From Chrysomallon squamiferum (taxonomy: Eukaryota > Animalia > Mollusca): 64,000 nucleotides of DNA. The stretch is taken from the NCBI GenBank assembly GCA_012295275.1, contig CM022671.1, forward strand, positions 15,128,001-15,192,000, read 5' to 3'. A program made the position numbers and the translations under genes. The notes beneath the pieces were generated by a model. The model was not told the DNA's origin. It did no database searches and saw only the letters and a list, made by a program, of their open reading frames with translations. Positions 39,373 through 50,823 of the stretch are shown one piece after another (position 1 is the stretch's first letter; each line of letters opens with the position of its first letter).

Positions 39373-40941
39373 ATGTCGTTTTTAAGAAACGGGAAAGGAA
39401 AAGAGAAAGATTTATTATCGAAAAAAGCGCATTTTTATGTTGAATTTCTCGGATGGATGGAAACAAATGGACTTCGAGGCATAAAGTACACCGAACCCGT
39501 GATTCGAGAACTACGACGACGACAGAAAAGGGTGGATACACCTCCCAAATTAACTATACAAGTAAGCAAAAAAGAACTGAAAATTTCACAGGATATTGAA
39601 GAAAAGAAGAAGCGGCAAATAAAAAAAATAAAATTTCCTACAATTCCTGCCCAGGATGTAACATTTGCTGTACAGTCAAGACGGTCACACGACGGACAAC
39701 TGGACGACATTGTGGCATGCATTTTTTTGGGATACATGCCTCGAACAAGGCGGTATGTTCACGTACATGTATACAGGTTTGATGAACCGCAGACAGCAAC
39801 AACATTTGTTTGTATGCTCAATCAAATAATTGATAGACATGAACACAGGATTAGAGAGGTGGAAAGAGAACTGGCAGCTAAGGGAGAAATTGAAATGATA
39901 GAATTCGACAACAGTCGTCTCGGGTCGTCTGATGGGATGAATGAAGAACTGTTCACGGGTGATTCGACAGCTGATTCTGCCACCAGCACGAGCAGCTTCA
40001 GCGACGACTCGCCCACTTTCGGAAACAGCGATATCGACCCGGATTTACAAAGTCTTTCAGAGGTGCAAGCGTTCGATTCTGTTACAGACGAACTTCGACA
40101 ACGTCTCAACATTGGCAAGGATTCGGCACCGATTCTGCTACCACCTACTGATTACGACACCATAAGCAGAGCCCGCGGTAATTTTACAAAACATTATGAA
40201 GAAAGGCGATCCCATCAGTTGGGGATAGCTGGGAACCCCGTTATGGATAGTTACCACAAAGCAGCTGAAGAAAATAGAGATGACAAAATCTACCCGGCAG
40301 AAGAAAATAGAGATGACAAAATCTACCCGGCAGAAGAGAATGCATTTACCACAAACTATCCCAGAGAATTTGTTTATCCAGTACCAGATTCCCATATTCC
40401 AGAAAACAAATGGCGATCTTATAGTCCGCCTGTTGTTAGAAAACCAAATGATTTTGAGAACACACCACCTCTATCAAGGAAGCCTTATAGTTTCCATAGT
40501 AGCATTTACAACCCTCGCCAGGAAGCCTATTTCAGACATGGACGACAAGATTCGCAGGTTTCTGATCATAGTGGAAGTAGCATCCGTTCGCAGGAAGACG
40601 AAAGAGGGGTAGTTTTTCAAAGAGGTGACGACAAACTGCACGAGAAGGATTATTACGACGCCCCCGAGACAAAAGTGGAGATGAGGAGTCATGATCCCAG
40701 GCGCTATGATATTAGGAGAGAGAATCTGGGTAAAAGTCTTCCAGCCGACGTTTTAAGGAGAGAATTTGCTTCGGCAGGTCCACGTGTTATGAGTGCTGGT
40801 TATGACGTTTATGGGGTTGGACGTTCTCATGATGATATTCGATATTCAGATGGATCTGATTCTCGCAGAAGTGGCTGCAGTTCTCCAAGAATCGGTTCTG
40901 CTGATTTCCGCGTTAAACGGGTCAATTCACTGCTGAGATAA
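39373..40941 (+). CDS. PTB/PID-domain adaptor-like protein, 522 aa, intronless CDS
   Basis: Long uninterrupted ORF. Residues ~20-155 show the PTB pattern (FYVEFLG...helix...LTIQVSKKELKI...VTFA...VACIF...HVHVYRFD...terminal helix). The C-terminal half is Ser/Pro/Arg/Tyr-rich and probably disordered. Confidence 0.8.
   Translation: MSFLRNGKGKEKDLLSKKAHFYVEFLGWMETNGLRGIKYTEPVIRELRRRQKRVDTPPKLTIQVSKKELKISQDIEEKKKRQIKKIKFPTIPAQDVTFAVQSRRSHDGQLDDIVACIFLGYMPRTRRYVHVHVYRFDEPQTATTFVCMLNQIIDRHEHRIREVERELAAKGEIEMIEFDNSRLGSSDGMNEELFTGDSTADSATSTSSFSDDSPTFGNSDIDPDLQSLSEVQAFDSVTDELRQRLNIGKDSAPILLPPTDYDTISRARGNFTKHYEERRSHQLGIAGNPVMDSYHKAAEENRDDKIYPAEENRDDKIYPAEENAFTTNYPREFVYPVPDSHIPENKWRSYSPPVVRKPNDFENTPPLSRKPYSFHSSIYNPRQEAYFRHGRQDSQVSDHSGSSIRSQEDERGVVFQRGDDKLHEKDYYDAPETKVEMRSHDPRRYDIRRENLGKSLPADVLRREFASAGPRVMSAGYDVYGVGRSHDDIRYSDGSDSRRSGCSSPRIGSADFRVKRVNSLLR
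40267..40341 (+). repeat. Perfect in-frame 33-nt duplication (EENRDDKIYPA x2)
   Basis: GAAGAAAATAGAGATGACAAAATCTACCCGGCA at 40267-40299 and 40300-40332, followed by a partial third copy. Confidence 0.95.
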
Positions 40942-42927
40942 AACCCGTCTGTGGAAGACAAATTATGCATATAATCAAATATGACACTGAAAGGAACGGA
41001 TGGACGCTGAATTTATATATAAATATATATAATAATTATTATTATGTATGAAAAAGTAATTTCAAATTATGTTGATAGTTTTGGAATAATGAGAAACAGT
41101 GAGGAGATGTAATAATTATCTTGTACTTTCCAGTGTTTTGTTTGTGTTCTCGAGACAGGGAGGAAATAATTCTCGAATGAATTTGTTAATAGTGCAGCTG
41201 AACATTTAAGTAACAAAATAATCAAAATAGTTTGCATATTATTCAGATTTTACTTGTAATTATAATTTCATATTTACACGCATTTATCAACATCCTGGAT
41301 ATTTTATAATTTACAAAGAATTAAAAAAAAAAAAAAAAAATTAAATAATTTTCTTCTTCTTTTTACATAATATAGGTAATTTAGCACATAAACAGAAACA
41401 ACAAAATTGATATTCAACGGATTAACACAGTGTTCGTTGTTTTATATATAAAAAGCAATATGTATTTTCAATATTAAACCCGTATTTGTAAAATATATTA
41501 TAATAATGTTTGAATATTTGGTTTTAAATGTTCAGTTCTTGACAACAGCATATGAATATTTAACATTTAATAAAGTATCTGTATGTTTGATGTGATTACG
41601 TTTGAAAATTAATTTTATTTGACTTTTTTGATTATCTGAGATGACGATAAGAATTTATCAAGGAGAAACTAGTAAAAATAGAGCACATCGGATTCTTTGG
41701 GGATAGGGGGTGGGTTTTTGGGGGGGCTTTTTTAGATTATTTTAATTAATCAGTTTCAGATATATGATTTAGAATAAAGTAATAATAATAATAATTTAAA
41801 AATAAATAAATAAAAGCTACGAATGAACCGACTGCGTTTTGCAAAATGTTCTATAATAGTTATTTAAAATTTCCCCTTTAATTTAATCGAGTCATCATAT
41901 AGAGGAACAAAACTAAAATGTATTCACATGTGAACAAAATTTATAGACTAAGTCATACTTGGGGCAAAGAGGAATAATTAGGTTATTTCCATTTGACAAT
42001 TAAATGCAGCATATTTTAAAGGGATAAATACATCTGAGGCCCTTAAACAGCATTCCATACCAAGAGGGAGATTAGAGAGCTCTTCGTCCTTACACATTCT
42101 ACCCCATTATTACGAGTCGGTTTGATAGATCTAATATGTGATGATGCATCGGAGACGACTAAATAAAATTAAATGCATTACTCTGTACTTTTTATTACTG
42201 AATTTATTAGGGGCATCACCTGCTACCCTGAAACTATAATTATGAGGAGATAAACATCATAAACCGCAGGCGTAATTACAGATGGGCAAGGGAGCGTTTC
42301 GACCGATTTTCGAAATTAAATTACGTTAACTGTTGTGTATATTTAGGTTCTGGTAACATTAAAATTGATATTGGATTCGTTCTTCCCTTTTGCTATTAAT
42401 CTAAATAACTAAATAACTGAGTGAATAAACGAACGAATAAACACAAAATATAAAAAATTAAAAATTAAAATCGTAGGAAGCATTATAGCATACAACTGAT
42501 TTCAGTCTCGTATGATAATTAGATTTCTACCCCATAAAAATAAAATTTTAATAATAATAATAACAGTCAGTCAGTTATGCAATGAATCATCTAAATGATT
42601 TTTAATTTTTTTTTTTTTTTTATACACCGACCTTCCCAAAATTTATCGAGGAAACACAGATATGCGTTTCAGTGCTGCTGATTATTGCCCTGCCGACAAC
42701 AACGCTTCATTAGGTTCGGTGTTATCTCAAAACACAGGTCAGAAAAGCACAACTTGAATATCAACATGATTTATTTTGTTAGCACACTAATTTATTCTGC
42801 TACCACGATTGCAAAGCAATTTAAAATAGACGGATCTTAATCTAATTCTCTCTCTCTCTCTCTCTCTCTGTATGTATCTGTGTGTGTGTATATATAAATC
42901 CTTTCATCTGATAGCTTTAACAATTAA

Positions 42928-42992
<65 letters not shown>
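42928..42992. repeat. (AAT)n microsatellite
   Basis: Perfect run. Similar runs occur at ~37125-37183 and ~45678-45762. Confidence 0.95.
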
Positions 42993-42994
<2 letters not shown>

Positions 42995-43734
42995 TGTATT
43001 ATAAATCTATCGCTAACAAAACAATACAAACCAGTGCTTATGGACATTAAATTAATTACCTTTGCTGCAGTTTCTATAATTGAATAATATCGCATCATTA
43101 TAATTATTCATTTACCTTATTTCTTTAGAAGAAAATTGAATTAAACTTCCAGCCATTACATTAAGATATTAATCTTTAGTTTATTAAATTAAATATACAT
43201 TTAAATATGCATATTTAACGTTATAAGATAAACTGCCCTTGAAGCGGCAGGTATAAAACGGGCAATATCCATTTTTTGTTATATATTTCCATTATGAGAA
43301 TGTAGTGCCCGTCTTTATTACATGGTATTATATTATTATATTAATACGTATATAAAGTATCATTCGTTATATTAAAATACATGTAATCTAACTGGTTATC
43401 ATTTACAGAGTAGTTACTTTGTAATATTATATTCCATGTATAAAAAAATAACACAGCTACTGAATGTGAATTTGTTTTTATTTTCTTTCTTCATCTATGA
43501 CAGCGCAGTTTTCTGAGCGTTTCTTTTAAACACTTTATAGCAAAAATGTATTCCAATATCTAACCATTAAGAAATAAATAAGTAAAAATTAAAAACAGTT
43601 TAAAAAAATACCACTTGGAGGTGAGAGATGACAGCGTAAGAGGTAAAAACTCGCGCAACGTAAAAATGCACAGAAGCCACCACTGTAAATATGGTTACAT
43701 CCTGGCGCCCCCAAGAAAATATCAAATTCGAAAT

Positions 43735-45615
43735 TGCCAGTGATACTGGTAGTGTGAGAAAGATCCTCAGTGCAATAGCAACATTAGGGAAATTATCCAA
43801 ACAAATTTGTTGGAGTGTAAAAAGAAGTACTTATTTTAGTGGCATAGACTTTGGTAGTCTTCGAGCTATGGCTAAATGTTCATAGCATAGATTCTCAGCA
43901 TCATTATCTTTGTTTCCATTATGCATCATCGATTTTTCCAAATTCTTGCAGCCCTCAAGTATTTCATCAGTAGATTTATCATTTACAATATATATATAAT
44001 ATAGAAAGCCAAAGAGTGAATTATAATGTTGTTACTGTAGGAATCTCTCATCAATAGATTGTATGGCCATGTCTAAAACTTTAAATTTCTGTTTTGGATT
44101 TTGTGGTGTTTCTTCTTGAGTCACATTTTGAAACTGCCGTTTTTTGCTCCTGGTTCTACTATGATCGATTTTAAAGTCTGGTACCATCTCTAGTTTATGT
44201 GCAATGTCAGCAGCATTGCCCAAAACTTTTTGAAACACCTCTTCAGACTTGCACTCCACAAGATATTTCTTAGTTGACTGAAAACTGTCCTGCAGCTTCC
44301 TGACTTCAGAAAATTGCTTGTCATTTGACTTCAAACATGATGCTGTACAATGTAACAATACTAAAATTTGAATTTCACCATATGGGGCAATACAATTTTC
44401 TCGATTTCTTGCCACAGTGACCTGTTAAGCTTGTATCATTAAAGATCTGCATCAGAATATCATATATATCACCTAGATGATATCTTAGTGGCTTCAGAGA
44501 TTCTATCCGATTCTCCCATCTCGTTTCAAACAATGGTTTAACAGTTATACCCAAGTCTGATATATGACTGGCTAGAATTTGCCAACGCTTAGTTAATGAT
44601 GAGAAGTAGTTCTAGATTTGTCCAACAATAGAGAAGAAAATAGTTGCTTCAAGACAAAACTTAGCAGAATCATTAACCACCAATTTAACGAGTGTGCATT
44701 TTCCCATTATCATAACTTTGACCATGCATATTTTCAACTGATAATCCAGTTTGTCAAAGCTGTTCGAGAAGAGTTTCTAGTATAAAGGCGCCTGTAGTTT
44801 CCTTTAGTGGAACAAATCCCAAGAAATGTTCTCGTTCAGGCTCAGGAATTATGCTTTGCAAAGATTGATGCCAATAATATTCCTCTTGCCTAATTTTCTG
44901 TTGGTCGATATAATCAGTTGTTTTCCTTTAGCTAAACGCAGTTCAAGTTCACGCCAGGATTGTGAAGAAAAAATTTAAAATAGTTGTTCCACTGATATGA
45001 CCGAAACATATTAACTATGTTTACATGCTGGATTCTGCATGGTACTTTAACGATAAGAGATTCGATAATCATTTTGGCATCGCTAATTTCGCTAAGCACA
45101 ATATATGTATTTCTGATAGGCTTTTCTCTGGCTACTGACTTTTATTAACCGGTGAAACGCTTGACAAAATAAACCTTCAATTTACAGTACTTCGACAGTT
45201 TAACGGGGTCAAAATGATGATACAAAACTTGCCAAATGTTCCCAGACTTTCTTCCTGTCAGGTTCCTAAAGCAGAAGCACCTTAAAGGCAGACGCGGCAG
45301 TCAAAATCATTGAATGTGCCCTTTGGTGTCACTCCACCCAAAACCTGATTTTGGTAGAAATGTCACGTTTAAAGCCTTATCTTTCGTGTTTGCGCGATTT
45401 TCACTCACTCATTTTGCTTGTTCCGGTCAACCTGGTATGAATCTATCCGATTATTTGTCCACGTATGAAATAAACCAGGATAAAAAACGAGCCTCAATGA
45501 AACAGAAATTTATTTATTTATTTTTCAGAACTGTTGTTTATTTTGGTAAATGCGCCCTTTGAAATCAGCGCCATAGACGGCTGTCTGTTTTGCCTATATA
45601 GTAGCGCCGGCCCTG
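43735..45615 (-). mobile_element. Decayed hAT (ZMYM1-like/Tip100-type) DNA transposon with pseudogenised transposase
   Basis: Minus-strand fragments in expected order: WRELELRL (~44950), REHFLGFVPLKETTG (~44800), AHSLN/LVVND..KRWQIL..KPLFETRWENRIESL (44700-44490), SIDERFLQ (~44040), and dimerisation-domain FPNVAIALRIFLTLPV (~43780). Stops and frameshifts are present. A hAT-like terminus CAGGGCCGGCGC starts at 45615 on the minus strand; the partner TIR was not found. Confidence 0.85.
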
Positions 45616-45688
45616 ACTGTAAGTTATTTCTGGTAAATGCCGTTTCCATAATCGAACTGTCTTTAAAGTTATAGTAAATAATAATAAC

Positions 45689-45763
<75 letters not shown>

Positions 45764-46417
45764 CAACTTTTAATGACTTAATTAGTACACATATTTAATA
45801 TATTATTCGCTTTTGAATTTTTCCTTTTGTTGGTCTACAAATATTTTTTAATGTTTCAACGAAAAATATCTTCACAAAACATCAAGGCACAAAATCACCA
45901 CAGTTAACAAATGAATTATTAGTAATTCATAATGAGTTTATCATACAGATCATATAGTTAAGTTTATTTGTACAAAATGTTAACAAAATCCGCCTTACAG
46001 CAATCTTTCCCCGATTTGAACAAAAACATTTCATGTGACGGTATGGATCGTTAGCAAGTTTTGGTTTAGGTTACGTGATCAGATACTGCCATCTGACTGG
46101 AGGTTTTGTTTTATTCGGATTCATTTTATATGTTTATGATTATATCTATAACATTAGCTAAGATATAATTTTACGTTCATGCAATGAACTTGATAACCTG
46201 CGTAGGTCATACTGTTATCTTAGGGAAAATCTCACGAACTTCAATCACAGTATTTGTTTCAATAAGACTTGAAACTATAGGCCAAAATTACAAGAATGTT
46301 CGGAAAATAAAACTGACATTACGCCTTTATTTTTCAATTTATCTTCTAATTATGACTGCAGATTACTGAATTAAAACAAAATAGCATAATAGTATGCGCT
46401 TGATTGGGGTATCATAA

Positions 46418-46589
46418 CGTGAACAGGCAACAGTGAGCATCATCATCCAGCAAGATGCAGTTTGTAATCGATTGTGGCGACGGGTTCGACGACGTTATGT
46501 GCAGCTCCAGAAGCGCCTTCGCAACCTGTGTGTCGATCGTCTTCAGGACGGCAGAATTTCTCCGTGAGATTGGTTAGAACATCCGTTCA
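46418..46589 (+). mobile_element. C-terminal remnant of a MULE/Mutator-type transposase
   Basis: Translates to REQATVSIIIQQDAV...RRVRRRYVQLQKRLRNLCVDR, then after a frameshift AEFLREIG*NIR. This matches the recalled C-terminal pattern of invertebrate MULE transposases. Recognised by eye only. Confidence 0.55.
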
Positions 46590-47024
46590 AATCACCAGCG
46601 TTGAAAATAAAAAATAATCACAAAATCTCTTAATGACAAAATCTTTTGTTCCCTAATATGTTGTTTTCTATTTAGAGTTGTGATTTTGCCCCCGTTTTAT
46701 TTATTTATTTATTTATTTATTTATTATTATTATTATTATTTTATTTTCCTGTGACTTCCCACCCCCCTAGATTCGATTTACCCACCCTATCACTAGGTAT
46801 GTGCAGATAGCGGCTGCCGTTTCTTACCAATTAGCTGTTCCACAGAAATCGTGTTTCGCACGAGGCGGGGCGCCGTTTGTTCGCTTTTCATTGACTCGTG
46901 TTATATTCTTTACTTGGGATTTCTGAATACAAACTCAGACGGGATATTGATAAGTGCTCACGATTTCGAATATTTTTATTCCGTTGAGTTTTTCTGTGCC
47001 TACGCTGCTTTTTAAAAAATTACG

Positions 47025-47765
47025 AATTTTCAACACGCTTGAATCACTAAAACCAGCTACGAGACACGAACGAAAGCTAATTAGACATTAAATTTAGTTT
47101 TTTATCTTATTGTCTTTAAAATTTTATCAAAAGTTATGGTCGCATTCAATTGTTATGATTGCCTCGTGAAATATGGTATTTTGGTCATTTCGGTGTTCGA
47201 TCGCCATCGTTACACTTTTACAAAATGTTCAACATGCTACAATAACTAAAACCGGTTACGTGACACGAATGAAAAGTAGCTGGACATAATAATTAGTTTT
47301 TTATATTATTGTCTTTAAAATTTTATCAAAATGCTTGGACGCATTCAACTGTTATGATCGCCTCGTGAAAAATGGTCTGTTGGTCATTTTGGTGTTCGAT
47401 CGCCATCTTGAAACTTTTACGGAATTTTCAACATGCTACAATAACTAAAACGGGTTACGTGACACGAACGAAAAGTAGCTGGGCATAATAATTAGTTTTT
47501 TATCTAATGCTTGGACGCATTCAATTGTTATGATCGCCTCGTGAAATATGGTCTATGTGTAATTTCGGTTTTCGATCGCCATCTTGAAACTTTTACGGAA
47601 TTTTCAACATGCTACAATAACTAAATGTGACACGGTTATGTGACACGAATGAAAAGAAGCTGAGCATAATAATTAGTTTTATTATCTTATTTTCTTTGAA
47701 ATTTTATCAAGCAGCTTCGAGGCTCTTAATTGTAATTTTTACCTCGTGAAATATGGTTTGTTGGC
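47025..47765. repeat. ~200-bp tandem array, ~3.6 diverged copies (likely transposon-internal)
   Basis: GACACGAA(C/T)GAAA at ~47063, 47262, 47461 and 47643. GCCTCGTGAAA and TTCGATCGCCATC recur with the same period. Confidence 0.9.
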
Positions 47766-47799
47766 GTTATATCGCCAGTTTGAGTTTCTGTTTTTTTTC

Positions 47800-49000
47800 T
47801 TCAAAATTATGTTGATTATATTTTTAATAGCTTGTAGGATGCATGTTTTATTGGATGTTGTGACTTTTACTAAATATAATATGTATTCGTTCTGAAATAA
47901 ACGAATTAATATTGTTTCGCCGATTACTAGCATTTGATGTTAACTATAATCCTCTGCAATACATAAACTCGTATAATCCTTGGAGTCGACTCCAGAAAGG
48001 TGTTGCCGGTCTTTATTAGGAGCAATACAATATGTATGTAATCATGACAATTAAAGACACAGGTATTGTAACTGACATTTGAAGCAGACAAAAGAATTTT
48101 CTTGGCTTTGTGTTTGTACTTCCTGTGCTTTGACAGCAAACAAAAGATACCTATCAATGTATCATGTGACCATCGCTGATGTTTTCTCTGATGAAGCAAA
48201 TCAACACTTGATGCAAAAATAGCCTAAGTTTTATCAATTTATGATTTTATGATTAAAAAAATAGTGATAACATTCTATCTCTGGTACATAGATTCATGTT
48301 GTTTATATTTTAATAACCTGTTGGCTGTATCATTGTATGTTTTTCTTCAATGTTCCTATTTGTAGCTTATTCATTGCAGCACGTGCGTAGCGAGATCGCC
48401 GTGCATTGTTTCCTACCTAGTCAAGTCACCGAAGACTTTATGTGCAACTACAAATAACTGGTGCTATTTTAAATGATTATATTTCTATAATCTGTGTTGA
48501 TTATATTTTTAATAACTTGTATAATGCATGTTTTATTATATGTTACTTTTACTGAATATAATTATAATATGAATACCTTCTGAAATAAATAAATTAATGT
48601 TTATCTATAATCCTCTGCAATACATAAACTCGTTTAATAAATTGGAGTCTACTCCAGAAAGGTATTGCCGGTCTTAATTAGGAGCAATACATTGTGTATG
48701 TAATCATGACACTAAAGACAGGTATGATAAGTGTCATTTGAAGCAGTCAAAATAATTTTCTTGGCTTTGTGTTTGTACTTCCTGTGATTTGACAGCAAAC
48801 AAAAGATACCTATCAATGTATCATGTGACCATCGTTAATGTTTTCTCTGATGAAGCAAATCAACATTTGAAGCAAAAATAGCCTAAGTTTTAAAACTGAA
48901 CACTTTATGATTTATCAGTTTATGGTTTTACGATTAAAAAAAAAAAAAGTTGTACGTTTCGTATTTAATATTCTACGAATACCTCTGGTACTTAGATTCC
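47800..49000. repeat. Direct duplication of ~500 bp (47800-48295 vs 48490-49000)
   Basis: CTATAATCCTCTGCAATACATAAACTCG at 47944 and 48605. A long near-identical block TTTTCTTGGCTTTGTGTTTGTACTTCCTGTG...CAAAAATAGCCTAAGTTTTA is present in both copies. Confidence 0.9.
48379..48421 (+). mobile_element. Helitron-like 3' terminus
   Basis: GC-rich hairpin GCACG-TGCG...CGC-CGTGC (48379-48404), a 12-nt spacer, then CTAG (48417-48420) followed by T. This is the canonical Helitron 3' layout. The 5' end was not identified. Confidence 0.5.
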
Positions 49001-50098
49001 CTGAATACATTCATTGTACTGTTTTGTAGTACAGTTTGTTATGTTTATGATTTTTAATTCGCCATTTATCGCAAGAATTTTTAAAGCAAAACACGATCGT
49101 ATTCATATTATAATGTATCCAAACACAGGAGAAAACTATGCATCCCAAAAATTACTAAAAATATAAACATAACTTCTATCATTTTAAATAGCAGAGGTTC
49201 TTTTATATGTTTGTTACTCTTTTTTTCTTTCTTTCTTAATTTATTTTTTTAAATTTATTTTTAGGCAAGCAATATACATTTGTGGACATAACTTTTGTTA
49301 TAAATTTACACGCCATTGGTATTAATAGCGACGACATATACAATGTTAGAAATATCGAACTTTGACCTTCCTGTGTGCTAAAAATAGCCTTGCTAAAACT
49401 AGTCGGAGTTAAGAAAAGGCGACACCGCCTTCAGATGAGCGCTTCGTAGAGCGACACCGGTTTAGCTTTAGGGATGTTCACAAAGTTCGCTTACCCCCAC
49501 AACGTTTAACACTCTCATACAAACTACTGATTTAACACATAACACACACATCACCATTTAAAAGAGCGCATATTAATCTGTATTTGAGTGTAATTGTTTT
49601 TCATGTTAAATTTTACAGAAGGGATTTGGGAGGGGCGGGAAATGGACAAAATCGGCACTTTTTCCACTTATGTTTGTTAGACTGCTGGTACCTTAATCAA
49701 TAACTTCTTTTTAATTTTTACAAATATAATCGATAGCAGAGATTGGCATTGGTCTTCACTGAAAATTTCATCAAGAAAGCTTGATTATTAACAAAGATAG
49801 AGGGGAAAATGTTAAAATATTACTATTTTTGGTCACAAACCTCTAATGACTTATATAGCGTTTAAACTTTAATCGGACGAAAAAAATTGCTTTTTAGGGG
49901 GTTTAAAATTGCTGCAACTTCCTTAATTTTTTACATATTCACTTGATCTTGGTATCATTTTAAAGTGGTTTCCAAGCTCTACCCAACTGTCTTATTTATT
50001 TTCAGATTAGTGGGGTTTGAACCTACTATCACTGTGGCAAGGGCGAATAACTCTAAGAAGCAGTAATATCACATGGTTATTTATTTTCGCTACCTTTC

Positions 50099-50792
50099 AT
50101 GTGTTTACAAAATATGATGGAAAATGATTGTTCACTTGGAATAGATATTGGAACATCGTCTGTAAAAATATCTTTAATTGAAAAATCCAGTGGCAACGTG
50201 TTGAGGTCTTTATGCGAAGACACGTCAGCATGGATCAAAAGCGATATCGGAGTTTTAGGACATGAACAGGATGTCGGCAAAATTTTCTTGGCTCTACATA
50301 AATGCCTGTCTCAGCTATCGTATTCCGAACAAATGCAAATTAGAGGCATTGGAATAACCGGTCAAATGCATGGTACAGTGTTATGGAGGTCAAAATCAAC
50401 GGTGTGGTACACTTTTGATGAATACAGCAACATAAAGCTGATTTCCGATCACGTAAGTCCTCTTTACACATGGATGGATCAGCGATGTTCCTCAGACTTT
50501 TTACGTTCTTTGCCAAAACCCAGATCACATCTGAAAATTGCAACTGGTTTTGGGTGTGCAACAATATTTTGGCTTATGAAAAACAGACCTCATGTTTTTT
50601 ATAGTGACGGAAGTAATTTTGACAGCTCTGGCACTGTAATGGATCTGTTAGTCGCTGCACTGTGTGGTTCTCCAAAACCAGTGACTTCAACTCAGCTTGC
50701 TGCTAGCTGGGGCTATTTTAACACAATTGACAAAACGTGGAATAGTACTATGTATGTTTTATAAACTTTATGTATGTATGTATGTATGTATG

Positions 50793-50823
<31 letters not shown>

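Noticed and set aside
39435-40692. Several antisense and alternate-frame ORFs over the PTB gene
   Set aside because: Shadow ORFs of the 522-aa CDS with no independent evidence.
46787-50033. CTATCACT direct repeat as the TSD of one 3.2-kb element
   Set aside because: The enclosed ends share only 3-4 nt of inverted similarity, and an 8-bp match can be chance.
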